From NCBI RefSeq assembly GCF_009914755.1, contig NC_060926.1: DNA of 64,000 bases. One strand, written 5' to 3'. The position numbers and the translations under genes are program-made. Each line of letters begins with the position of its first letter. Position 1 is the stretch's first letter. This DNA comes from the human T2T-CHM13v2.0 reference genome, Homo sapiens. The notes under the pieces were generated by a model. The model searched no databases and had not been told where the DNA came from. It worked only from the letters and a program-made list of their open reading frames with translations. This document shows, piece by piece, positions 45,580-64,000 of this stretch.

Positions 45580-46185
45580 TCATGATACATTCAATACAAT
45601 GGATACCACTCAGTAATGAGAAGGAATGAACTAATGGTACACACAACAATATGGAAGTATCTCAAAAACATGCTTTGTGGAAAGGTTACACAAGAGTGCT
45701 TACTGTATGAGTCCATTTATATAAAATTTCAAGAACAGGCAAAACTAATTTATGTTGGAAAAATATCAAAACAGGTTTGTCTGTGGAGGAATAAGGAGGG
45801 GATTTACTGGCAAGGGCATGAGGGAACTTACTAGGGTGATGGTAGTTTTCTACATCTTGATAAGAATTTTGGTTACACAGATGTATGCATTTGTCGAAAC
45901 TCAGCAAATGTATGCCTCGTATTTGTGCATTTCACTATATACATATTTTACATCAACTATTGAACTTTAGTTAGTGACATCCATAGTCCATTATTTAGGG
46001 AGAAATGTATTGATAACTGCAACTTACTTTGAAAGGCATAAGGTGGGTTGACGGATAGATCAAATAAGTATAGTATAATGTTAATGTTTTTTCTAGGTAG
46101 CGGGTATATGGGTTTTCACTGTAAAATTTTTAAAACTTTGTTGTATGTTTAAAAGTGTTCATTATAAAATATTGGATAAAAAAAG
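45580..46185 (+). mobile_element. L1MC/ME 3' end
   Basis: acaatggataccactcag and tgcatttgtcgaaactca motifs. Confidence 0.65.
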
Positions 46186-46247
46186 AAGTTTTCTTTCCTA
46201 AGGCGATATGGTATTTAATAATGTGATATTTTAAATGGTCTCCATAG

Positions 46248-46321
46248 GTTGATAGTTTGCTTTCTGAGAGCCAACTGAAAGAAGCTCTAGAACCCAATAA
46301 AAGACAACATATTTATCAAAG
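46248..46321 (+). CDS. NPHP1: Nephrocystin-1 coding exon 2
   Basis: Acceptor ccatag|, VDSLLSESQLKEALEPNKRQHIYQ(R), donor ag|gtaaag; 74 nt in frame with exon 1. Confidence 0.96.
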
Positions 46322-47104
46322 GTAAAGTATGCTAAATTATATAAGCTTTACAGGAACCGCACTTACATTTCAATGCATAGTATTTAAGGCATAGAGATTG
46401 GTCCTTTGGAATCAAATGGAAGAATCACATAGTGTTGTAAGTTGAATGTAGAAGAAACCAACCTAAACCTGATGGTTGCGGACTTGCTGTTGTGACAGCA
46501 ACTATAAAAACTGCTTAATGTAAACATAGGTGACATGGGCAGGATTACCCTAAATCCTTAGCCTATGTAGCCCAGATCCTGTGACCTGGTCAGAAACCTC
46601 TGTCTATAAGCAATTAGTACTTCATTGGGATGTCAACTTTAACTCCCATGAGAAGACAACACTGTTTTCTAGGTGGGTGTTTTTTGTTTTGTATTTGTTT
46701 TTACTTAAAAAAAAATCCTTGGGAGAGTTTAAATAGACGTGATGAACTACATCAAATTTAGACTATTAATTCATAACATTTGTATTAAGTTTAGGACATC
46801 ATTAAGATAATCTTTGTTTTTGAGATATTTAAGGATTTTATTACATTCCAAAGAACATGAGATTCATTCTATTAATTTAAGTGAATTGTAATTGTTTGGA
46901 GAAGTTTTACTTAAGTCAGGCATTCAGAGTGCTTAAAGGCAAAACAAATGAATTTTGAAATGTCAAATGAATTTAATTTATAATAGTAGGATTGATTAAG
47001 GGATTTAGTTCAAGCTGAATTAACAGTAATGAAAGAAAAGCAAAGGTTATTGTTCTTGCTTTACTAGATTTAAAAACAGAGTAAGATTTATAGACTGAAT
47101 TTGA

Positions 47105-47766
<662 letters not shown>

Positions 47767-48104
47767 CCTAATAATTATTTTTAAGCCCAAGTAACCATAG
47801 TCTTCTCTGTGCATGAAAAGAAGATTGTTACTGTCATTTAAAAACTCACTTTGACATTTGCATATCTGAAAATGTCATTTAGGTATCATTTTTATCTGCT
47901 CAGTGCTCTGAGTCTTTTCAGTTTGAAAACTCATGTCTCATGAGCTCTGGGAGATTTTATTTTACAAAAAGATTATTTCGTTAATTCCATTTGTCTGTTT
48001 CTTCCTGAAACACCTTTGAGTCAGGTATTGGATATCCTGGACTGATCCTCTATATCCCATAACTTCCTGTTAATAGTTTCTGTTTCTTTGTTTGTATGGG
48101 AGAT

Positions 48105-48587
48105 GTTTTTTTGGGGGGATGTGGGGGGTCTCACTCTGTCGTTCAGGCTGTAATGAAGTGGCACAATCATGGCTCACTGCACCTTCTGCCTCCCAGGCTC
48201 AAGGGATGCCCCCCTCCCCCGCCACGAGCTACCATGCTAGCAATTCTCTTGACTTTAACACTTTTCTTTATTACCTATTTCAACAGCCATATTGTTTTAT
48301 TTCAGCAGTCATATTGGTTTTTTTTTTTTTAAGATGGAGTCTCACTCTGTCATGATCTTGGCTCACTGCAACCTCTGCCTCCTGGGTTCAAGCGATTCTC
48401 CTGCCTTAGCCTTCTGAGTAGCTGGGATTACAGGCTCACGCCATCACACTCGGCTAATTTTTTGTATTTTTAGTAGAGACGGAGTTTCACCATGTTGGCC
48501 AGGCTGCTCTCAAACTCCCGACTTCAGGTGATCCACCCATCATGGCCTCCCAAAGTGCTGGGATTACGTGAGCCACCGTGCCTGGCC
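48105..48587 (-). mobile_element. AluJ fragment (48105-48245) and internally deleted AluS (48318-48587)
   Basis: Alu cores. Confidence 0.8.
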
Positions 48588-50810
48588 ATCATCAGTCATG
48601 TTGTTAATTTACAAGTGTTTTCTCTTGTTCTCGAATTGTTCTTTTTTCATAGCATCATGTTCCTGTTTTCATATTGATTGCCTTCTTACTACTTCCATGA
48701 CTAGGAGGCTTTTTTTTTCTCCTTAAGTTCTCTTCTGTTCTCTGAATTGTCTTTGCTTTCTCTGGGCTCAGATTCCTTTTAATTAGTTAATTAATTAATT
48801 TATATTTGGTTATTCTTAAATTTTATCTTCACGTTGCCGGTTTTCTTTATTAGGTCTGGCTTATCTATTTTTATTGAACAATGAGGGACTAGGTTGATTA
48901 TTCCAGAGAGCTCTCATGGGCTTTTCTACTGTTAGATAGAGAGGGGTCCTTCCTGCTAGTACCATCCCCTGAATAAGAATGAAATTTTGTATGTTGATAG
49001 GGCTTATCAGAGGCTCGGAAGTAGCTTTTAGTCTGAGGATCCCCCAGTGCCAGAATAGGGCCGGCTCTAACCCTGGTGTATGGGAAACTTCTTTAGCAGT
49101 CATGATTCTCTTCAGGTCGTTTGTTAATTGTTTTTGTTTGTTTTTTTGTTTTTAGGGAAGAATCCCCTGGTAAGGAGGGAGAGCAGAGAGGGGAAAAGGG
49201 AGCTAACTGGCTCAGGTTTTCTGTAAATAGACTTTTAAAAGAAAGAACCCCAACTAAATCTAAACGTAATCAGCATCATTAATCTTCCCTTGACTAATAT
49301 AAAGACCTTAGATTGCTTTAACATTGATTTCCCTCCTCAAAGCTTAGATGTATGCATATGATTTAATTTACACAATATAACACAATAATATTAGATAATT
49401 TATAAAGTAAACCCCAGCCACTGTGCATGTCTTTTCATCAGCAGAATTTCATAATGTGTCCCTCTATGATTTAGTTTAGTTAACCTTTGGTCCTTTATGT
49501 CTGCTGACTCAAGTCCTAGAGTTTTCGGCCTGGCAGATTATCTCCCTCTTATGCTTGTGTTGCGTCTTCCACCCTTTATAGGAGAACATGCTTCCAGCCT
49601 TTTTCCATGGAGCAGAAATTTGTTGAAATCTCTTGCTGGCTAGTTGTCCTTCTTTCCTTCTTTGCAGTGTTCAGAGTTTGTTACCTTTTCAAACGTTTTA
49701 ATCATTTTTTGTGGGGTTTCAGGAGCCAGTGAAGATGAATGTGTGCTTAGTTTTTATCCTGAACCAGGAGTCTTAAAATATCAACTGTTTGAGGATTTTA
49801 ATAATTACATAGTTATAAAGGAGGTAATTGTAATAAGTAATTTATTTTCTTGGTACATTATATTAAAATAGTTTTCCACTCTGGGCTTTAAGCGAAATTT
49901 CTGAGTCTAAGTTTCAGTAGAGATTTTTTTGGTCAAGTAACATGACACCTGCCAAAATAAGCGGCTTTACTGTCAGTCTCATTTGACAAAAGCCTGCAGC
50001 TAGGTTCTCTCAGGGTGGATTCATGGCTTGTGATATCCTCAAAGACCAGCCTTTGATGTCATTCCACTCTGCCATCCTTTGCTTGTTGGTGATGTCTCTC
50101 CTCATGGTTACAAAGTCCATACCCTCAGTATCTAAGAGCAGATGTAGGAGAGATTCTTTTCATGCCTGGTAAGGGAGGATAAAATGGGAGGCAATCCCAA
50201 TATACGTGTTTTATGTTACACTGGCAGCCGTGGGCCCCCTGCTCACCCTGCCTGCAGTGGAGGCTGAGAACATAGGTGCCAGTGGGAAGCTGACTGCCAG
50301 CAAAGAGGAAGGGTGGGAAAGGGGCTTTTGGGGAGGTTGCTAGTAGGGTCAGCCCCAGTTTGATGTTTCCCCTTCTCTTTTGCTACCCTTTTGACAAAGG
50401 ACTTTTGTTCCCTTTAAAACGTTTTTTATTTATTACTGTTTTTTATTTTTTTCTTTAAGTTCAGGGATACATGTATGGCATTGTGCAGGTTTGTTACATA
50501 GGTAAACGTGTGCCATACTGGTTTACTGGACAGATCATCCCATCACCTAGGTATTAAGCCCTGCATCCATTAATTATTCTTCCTGATGCTCTCCCTCCTC
50601 TAATACCTCCTTCCTACAGGCCCCAGTGTATGTTGTTACCCTCCTTGTGTCCATGTGTTCTCATCATTCAGCTCCCACTTATAAGTGAGAACATGCGGAG
50701 TTTGGTTTTCTGTTCCTGCATTAGTTTGCTGAGGATAATGACTTCCAACTGTAACCATGTCCCTCCAAAGGACATGATTTTGTTCCTTTTTATGGCTGCA
50801 CAGTATTCTA

Positions 50811-56712
<5,902 letters not shown>

Positions 56713-56984
56713 AAGTGTTCCTTTTTCTCTGCAATTTTGCCAACATCTGTTTTTTTGACTTTTTAATAATCACCGTTCTGACTGGCATGAGATGGTACTT
56801 CACTGTGCTGAATGTGTGTCTTTTGAGAAGTGTCACTTCATGTCCTTTTGCTCACTTTTTAATGGGGTTTTTTTTTCTTATAAATTTGCTTATTTTTAGA
56901 CTCTGGATATTAGACATTCATCAGATGGATAGATTGTAAACATTTTCCCCCATTCTGTAGGTTGTCTGTTCATTCTGATGATAG

Positions 56985-58546
56985 TGAGAGGTGACAGCAT
57001 GCTGGCAGTCCTCACAGCCCTCGCTCACTCTTGGCGCCTCCTCTGCCTGGGCTCCCACTTTGGCGGCACTTGAGGAGCCCTTCAGCCTGCCGCTGCCCTG
57101 TGGGAGCCCCTTTCTGGGCTGGCCAAGGCCGGAGCCAGCTCCCTCAGCTTGCGAGGAGGTGTGGAGGGAGAGGCGCGGGTGGGAACCGGGCCTGCACACG
57201 GTGCTTGTGGGCCAGCGTGAGTTCCGGGTGGGCGTGGGCTCCGTGGACTCTGCACTTGGAGCGGCCAGCCAGCCAGCCCCACCGGCCCTGGGCAGTGAGG
57301 GGCTTAGCACCTGGGCCAGCAGCTGCTGTGCTCAATTTCTCACCCGGCCTTAGCTGCCTTCCCGCGGGGCAGGGCTCGGGACCTTCAGCCCGCCATGCCT
57401 GAGCCTCCCCGCCCTCTGTGGGCTCCTGTGCGGCCCGAGCCTCCCTGACAAGTGCCGCCCCCTGCTCCACAGTGCCCAGTCCCATCGACCACCCAAGGGC
57501 TGAGGAGTGCGGGCGCACGGTGTGGGACTGGCAGGCAGCTCCACCTGCAGCCCTGGTGCGGGATCTGCTGGGTGAAGCCAGCTGGGCTCCTGAGTCTGGT
57601 GGGGATGTGGAGAACCTTTATGTCTAGCTAAGGGATTGTAAATACACCAATCAGCACTCTGTATCTAGCTCAAGGTTTGTAAACACACCAATCAGCCCCC
57701 TGTGTCTAGCTCAGTGTTTGTGAATGCACCAATTGACACTCTGTATCTAGCTACTCTGGTGGAGCCTTGGAGAACCTTTATGTCTAGCTCAGGGATTGTA
57801 AACACACCAATCGGCACTCTGTATCTAGCTCAAGGTTTGTAAACACACCAATCAGCACCCTGTGTCTAACTCAGGGTTTGTGAATGCACCCATCGACACT
57901 CTATATCTAACTACTCTGGTGGGGACTTGGAGAACCTTTGTGTGGACACTCTTTATCTAGCTAATCTAGTGGGGACCTGGAGAACCTTTGTGTCTAGCTC
58001 AGGGATTGTAAACGCACCAGTCAGCAACCTGTCAGAACAGACTACTCGGCTCTCTGTAAAATGGACCAATCAGCAGGATGTAGGTGGGGCCAGATAAAAG
58101 AATAAAAGCAGGCTGCCGGAGCCAGCAATGGCAACCCGCTTGGGTCCCCTTCCACACTGTGGAAGCTTTGTTCTTTCGCTGTTTGCAATAAATCTTGCTA
58201 CTGCTCACTCTTTGGGTCCACACTGCCTTTATGAGCTGTAACACTCACCGCGAAGGTCTGCAGCTTCACTCCTGAAGTCAGCGAGACCATGAGCCCACTG
58301 GGAGGAATGAACAACTCCAGACGTGCCGCCTTAAGAGCTGTAACACTCACCGTGAAGGTCTGCAGCTTCACTCCTGAGCCAGCGAGACCACGAACCCACC
58401 AGAAGGAAGAAACTCCAAACACATCCGAACGTCAGAAGGAACAAACTCTGGACACGCCGCCTTTAAGAACTATAACACTCACTGCGAGGGTCCACGGCTT
58501 CATTCTTGAAGTCAGTGAGACCAAGAACCCACCAATTCTGGACACA
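56985..58546 (+). mobile_element. Solo LTR12C (ERV9)
   Basis: tgagaggtgacagc start, ggacaca end, exact 4-bp TSD atag, tandem caccaatcagc repeats. Confidence 0.97.
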
Positions 58547-60878
58547 ATAGTTTCTTTTGCTGTGCAAAAGTTCTTTAGTTTGATGAGATCCTATTTGTCA
58601 AGTTTTGCTTTTGTTGCAATTGCTTTTGGCTTTTTGTTGTCATGAAATATTTGCCTGTGCCTATGTCCTGAATGCTATTGCTTGGATTTTCTTCTAGAGT
58701 TTTTATAGTTTTGGGTTTTACATTTAAGTCTTTAATCTATCTTGAATTAATTTTTGTATATGGTGTATGGAAGGGGTTCTAGTTTCAATTTTCTGCGTAT
58801 AGCTAGCCAGCTCTTCCAGCATCATTTATTAAATAGGGGGCCCTTTCCGCATTGCTTGTTTTTGTCAGGTTTGTCAAAGATCAGATGGTTGTAGGTGTGC
58901 AAGTCTTATTTCTGAGTTCTCTATTCTGTTCCATTGGCCTATGTGTCTGTTCTTTTACCAGTACCATGCTGTTTTAGTTACTGTAGCCTTGTAATATAGT
59001 TTGAAGTTAGGTGGTGTGATGCCTCCAGCTTTGTTCTTTTTGCTTATTTGGGCTCTTCTTTTGTTCCATATAAATTTTAAAATAGCTTTTTCTAATTCTG
59101 TGAAGAATGTCAATGGAAGTTTGATGGGAATAGCATTGAATCTATACATTATTTGGGGCAGTATGTCCATTTTCACGATATGATTCTTCCTATCCACAAG
59201 CATGGAATGTTTCTCCATTTTTTTGTGTCACCTCTGATTTCTGGAGCAGTGTTTGTAGTTATCCTTGAGAAGGTCCCTCTCACTTTCTTTGTTAGCTGTA
59301 TTCCTAGGTATTTTATTCTTTTTGTAGCAGTTGTGAATGTGAGTTCAGGATTTAGCTCTCTGCCTGCCTGTTGTTGGTATATAGGAATGCTAGCAATTTT
59401 TGCACATTGATTTTGTATCCTGAGACTTTGCTGAGGTTGCTTATCAGCTTAAGAAGTTTCTGGGCCAAGACAATGGGTTTTCTAGATATAGGATCATGTC
59501 ATCTGCAAACAGGGATAATTTGAGTTCCTCTCTTCCTATTTGAATACTCCTTATTTCTTTCTCTTGCCTGACTTCCCAGGCCAGAACTTCCAACACTGCA
59601 TTGAATAGGAGCAATGAGGGAGGGCATCCTTGTCTTGTGCCTGTTTTCAAAGGGAATGCTTCAAGCATTTGCCCATTCAGTATGATATTGGCTGTCGGTT
59701 TGTCATATATGGCTCTGATTATTTTGAGGTATATTCCTTCAATATCTAGTTTATTGAAATTTCTTAACATGAAAAGATGTTGAATTTTATTGAAAGCCTT
59801 TTCTGCATTTATTGAGATAGTCATTTTTTTTTGTCTTAAGTTCTGTTTATGTGATGAATCACATTTATTAATTTGTATATGTTGAACCAAACTTTCATCC
59901 TGGGGATGAAGCCAACTTGATCATGGTAGATAAGCTTTTTGATGTGCTGCTGGATTCGGTTTGCCAGTATTTTGTTGCGGATTTTTGTATCGATGTTCAT
60001 GAAGGATATTGGCTTTAAGTTTTCTGTTTTTGCTGTATCTCTCCCAGGTTTTGGTATCGGGAGGATGCTGGATACAATCAGTTAGGGAGGAGTCCCTCCT
60101 TTTCAGTTGTTTGGAATAATTTCAGTAGAAATGGTTCCCACTCTTCTTTTTACCTTTGGTAGAATTCAGCTGTGAATTCATCTGGTCCTGGGAGTGTTTT
60201 GGTTGGTAAGCTATTTGGTAAAGCTGCCTCAATTTTAGAACTCATTATTGATCTGTTCAGGGATTCAATTTCTTCCTGGTTCAGTCTTGGGAGGGTGTAT
60301 GTGTCCAAGAACTCATCCATTTCTTCTAGATTTTCTAGTTCATGTGCATAGAGGTGTTTATAGTATTCTCTGCTGATTGTTTGTATTTCTGTGGGGTCAG
60401 TGGTGATATCCCCCTTATAATTTCTGATTGTGTTTATTTGATTCTTCTCTCTTTTCTTTATTAGTCTAGCTAGTGGTGTATCTATTTTATTAATTTTTTT
60501 CAAAAAACCAGCTCCTGAATTTGTTCTTTGTAGGGTTTTTCATGTCTCTATCTCCTTCAGTTCAGCTCTGATCTTGGTTATTTCTTGTCTTCTGCTAGCT
60601 TTAGGGTTTGTTTGCTCTTGGTTCTCTAGTTCTTTTAGTTGAGATGTTAGGTTGTTAACTTGAGATCTTTCTAGCTTTTTGATGTGGGCATTTAGTGATA
60701 TAAATTTTCCTCTGAACACTGCTTTAGCTGCATTTCAGAGATTCTGATACGTTGTCTCTTTGTTCTCATTAGTTTCAAAGAACTTCTTGATTTCTGCTTT
60801 AATTTCATTATTTACCTGAGTCATTCAGGGACAGGTGGTTATTTTCCTTGTAGTTGTGTGATTTTGACTGGATTTCTT

Positions 60879-63742
60879 TCTTTCTTTCTTTCTTTTTTTT
60901 AAATGTGTCTATCAGAATGACTTTATTTCAGTACACTGAGCCCCATCAGGCAGTGTGGTTTGTGCAAGGCTGTGCGAGGGACAGGCTTGGGCTAAGAGAA
61001 GGGAGGTGAGTTGTTAAGTGCACTGCAGTCTGTGGGGTGCTACATCGCTTTCACACACACCTGCTCCTTTGGCCCATACCTGGCAGGGGCCTTTGGTCAT
61101 AGGACAGCATGGGGGAGACTACTGCATGGAGTCTGGGATTGGGGTGGGTCATGGTGTCACAGGTGAGGGTGCCGGTGAAGACAGGCTGGCCCCAGCTTTG
61201 CACCACCTGGGCTAAAGGCCTTTGGACTACTCCTAGGAGTCAGGCCTGGCTCCATTAGCTCCTGGCACTCTGGTCTGGCCCTCTCCCTCCTTAACCAAGC
61301 AGGTCCAAGGTCAAGAGTGGCCCAAGATCAGCCAAGAGGGGGCCATCCCACCTCTACAGCTTAGTTGCCTGGTCAGCTATAGTGGCAAAAGGCAACATGG
61401 TTAATTGCAGCTTTCTCCAGTCCTAAGGACACTGGCTCTCCAACACCCCTTCCTTGTTTAGGGGCCTCTGCCAAAGAAAAATTCTACCTCCTGTTTCAGA
61501 AAATCTAACCAGCAACCAGCCTGTTGATTCTATGGCAGTGAGCAAGAGAAAGAGGGAGAAAGAGGCTGGTGGGAGTGTCTTTGAGTATAGCTACCAATTT
61601 CAAATGGTCCTGCAACCTGTGGACACTGTCCGCTTACCATCAGCAGGGAGAGGCGGGGCCCTGGAGGCTAGGCTAAGCTTAGGTGCTATAAACATTAGTG
61701 TGGCAGGGCAGGAGGCAGTGAGCTCCCTCTCTCCATCCCCTTACTGAACAAACACTTCAATAAATAAAACTGTTTGAAGATGGCATTGCAACAAGAACGG
61801 ATGGAAAGCAAGGACCTGGAATCAGCAGGCACCTTAAACTCTCCCAAGGCCCCTGGAAGGGGAATGGGCTGGGAACATTATCTCTGCAGCCATTCAGGGG
61901 GAGTACTACTCCTGCCCTCCTCCAGTGGCTGGTGTGGTCCTGTTCCCTGGTGAACATGAGGGCTTCCTGCTCCCTCCTGACTTTCCAGTCTCTGTATTAG
62001 CTCTTGGGATGCTTTTCTAGCCTCCCAAACCAAAATGGCAACAAAACCAGACAGAGGTCAACCCCAGCCCCAGTCCTCAGTGCCCAGTCAGGGGGCATTG
62101 ATAGCGGAGTGACCAGCAAGGGGAGGCAGCAGCTGCCTGGGTCCTCAGGGCACCCTGGTGGGTGGGAGTGAGGGTGGGGCCAGTCCAGCCTAGGATGGGC
62201 AGCAGCAAGGTCTCCCAGGGGGTGGTTTATCTCCCTCTGTCTCCCCGTGGTAGTAAACGGAGTTCCCTGCAGCCAGTCAGAGGCCCACCTGAGGAGGGAG
62301 TGCAGCCTCTGCCAGTGTTCTTCCCTGTCAGGAGCCAGTTAATGGTCACCCCCAGGCCTCAGGCCATCACCATCGTGGGTAGTTCCTCATCCTTTCTGGA
62401 CCTGGGGTCCCTGGGCCACATGGCACTTGCATGTGCTCACACACTTGTATACACACATGCACTCACACAGGCAATTCCTCACAAACACTCTGACTCAACA
62501 AAGCGAGTTTTAAAGTGGAGTTAACTTCAGAGAGAGGTGAAGATGATATCCCAACATTAGAAGGTTTTCCTGTGGATAGATCAGGCACCGTCTTCCTCAT
62601 ATTCCTTCTTGGAGACCCACATCTTCTTAAAGGTGTCATGGAGGCAAGGATAGAGCCCTCAATCCACGTGGAATACAGTCTCTCCTGAGGTGCAAATATC
62701 CTGATCTTCACTTCACTCAGTAGCCTGTCACCAAAACCTTTGAACAAGGTAGAGCCTCCCAAGAGGACGATGTTGGAGAAAAGTGTGAACTGCAGGTCCA
62801 TGTCTGACTTCTGGATGGCGAACACCAGGACCTTGTGGATGCCTTCACTCTCCTCCCTGATCAAGTCTGGCCTGAAGAGCAGCTCAGGGGCCCGGAATTG
62901 GGAAGGACCAATCTCAATGGTGCTGCCATCAGGCAGGTAGTACTGAGCCTTCTCTGTCTCTAGTGTCTCTTCCTTCTGGGGGTTTATGGATAGGTAGGAG
63001 GGTCTTTCTTTTATGGCCTTGACAATCTCAAACTCAAAGGATGAGTGGAAATCTCAAACGATGAGTGGAAATCATAGCCCTCCTTATGCAGGTAGAGGTG
63101 CAGGAAGCGAGAGATGTTCCAGCTTGCGATGTCAATTCGCATGATGGAGTGGGGCATGGCAAAGCCCTGATAGATGGGCACAGCATGGGTGATGCCATCC
63201 CCAGAATCCAGCACCACCCCCGTGGTCCTGCCTGTGGCATAAAGGCTGAGCACAGCTTACATGGAGATGAAAATAGCAGGCACATTGAAGCTCTTGAAGA
63301 AAACGTTGGCAGCTCATTCCTGGTGTCTTTGTGGGTTTAAAGGTGCCTCAGTGAGGAGCACGAGATGCTCCTCTGAGAAAGTCTGCAGCTGGTCCTTAGA
63401 ATAGACATATTGCCAGATGTGTTCCATGTCGTTCCAGTCCTTGACAATGCCATGCTCCGTGAGATAGCAGATTGAGAGCAGCCCTTGGTGCTCCTTGGCT
63501 TTGAAGCCAATGAAGATGTCACCTTCAAGGGCTCCTGCCATGATACGAATATGCATGGGTAGGCCCACATACTTTGGAAAGCAGTATTTGTGGATCTGAT
63601 CACCAGCAAAACCAGCTTTAATCACACCAGATTCATTGTCGATCATGACAGGCTGGTTGGTGATTGTATCGTAAGACTCCACGGCAGAGGAATCTCTCCT
63701 GGGGAAGGAACTACCAGTTGGGTCTGCCGCTAGTGCCATTCA
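60879..63742 (-). pseudogene. Processed pseudogene of ACTR1A (alpha-centractin/Arp1), full-length mRNA copy; former CDS 63682-62557
   Basis: Intronless [52 protein letters not shown]. Start codon mutated to GTG, frameshifts, long 3' UTR, AATAAA (60922-60927), polyA tail, TSD tggatttctt/tgaatttctt. Confidence 0.95.
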
Positions 63743-64000
63743 TGAATTTCTTAATCTTGAGTTCTAATTTGATTGCATTTTGGTCTGTTTGTTATAATTT
63801 CAGTTCTTTTTCATTTGCTGAGGAATATTTTATTTCCGATTACTTGATCAATTTTAGAGTAAGTGCCTTGTGGTGATGAGTAGAATGCATATTTTGTTGT
63901 TTTTGGGTGGAGAGTTCTGTAGATATCTATTAGGTTCACTTGATCCAGAGCTGAGTTCAGGTCCTGAATATCTTTATCAATTTTCTGTGTGGATGACCTG

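Noticed and set aside
62557-63739. Actin-related ORFs as a functional gene
   Set aside because: Start codon mutated, multiple frameshifts, no introns, polyA and TSD present: a processed pseudogene

Overview
Primate, almost certainly human, genomic DNA from the 2q13 NPHP1 region, oriented so that MTLN and NPHP1 read on the + strand. It contains the mitoregulin microprotein gene (MTLN/LINC00116, 56 aa, 35214-35384) and NPHP1 exons 1-2 with an RFX X-box promoter. A CpG island at ~1.4-2.6 kb carries a minus-strand first exon that I assign, by recalled synteny only, to the two-pore channel 3 (TPC3) pseudogene. A full-length processed ACTR1A pseudogene lies in NPHP1 intron 2. The rest is mostly L1, Alu, L2, MIR, MER and LTR repeats. 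The most unusual structure is a one-ended HERV-H insert (28551-29857) flanked by a ~188-bp direct duplication and carrying APOBEC3-type hypermutation of opposite polarity in its LTR and internal parts. I found no evidence of a wholly new gene system. Gene and repeat-family names come from recognition and recall, not database searches, and repeat boundaries are approximate unless a TSD is quoted.
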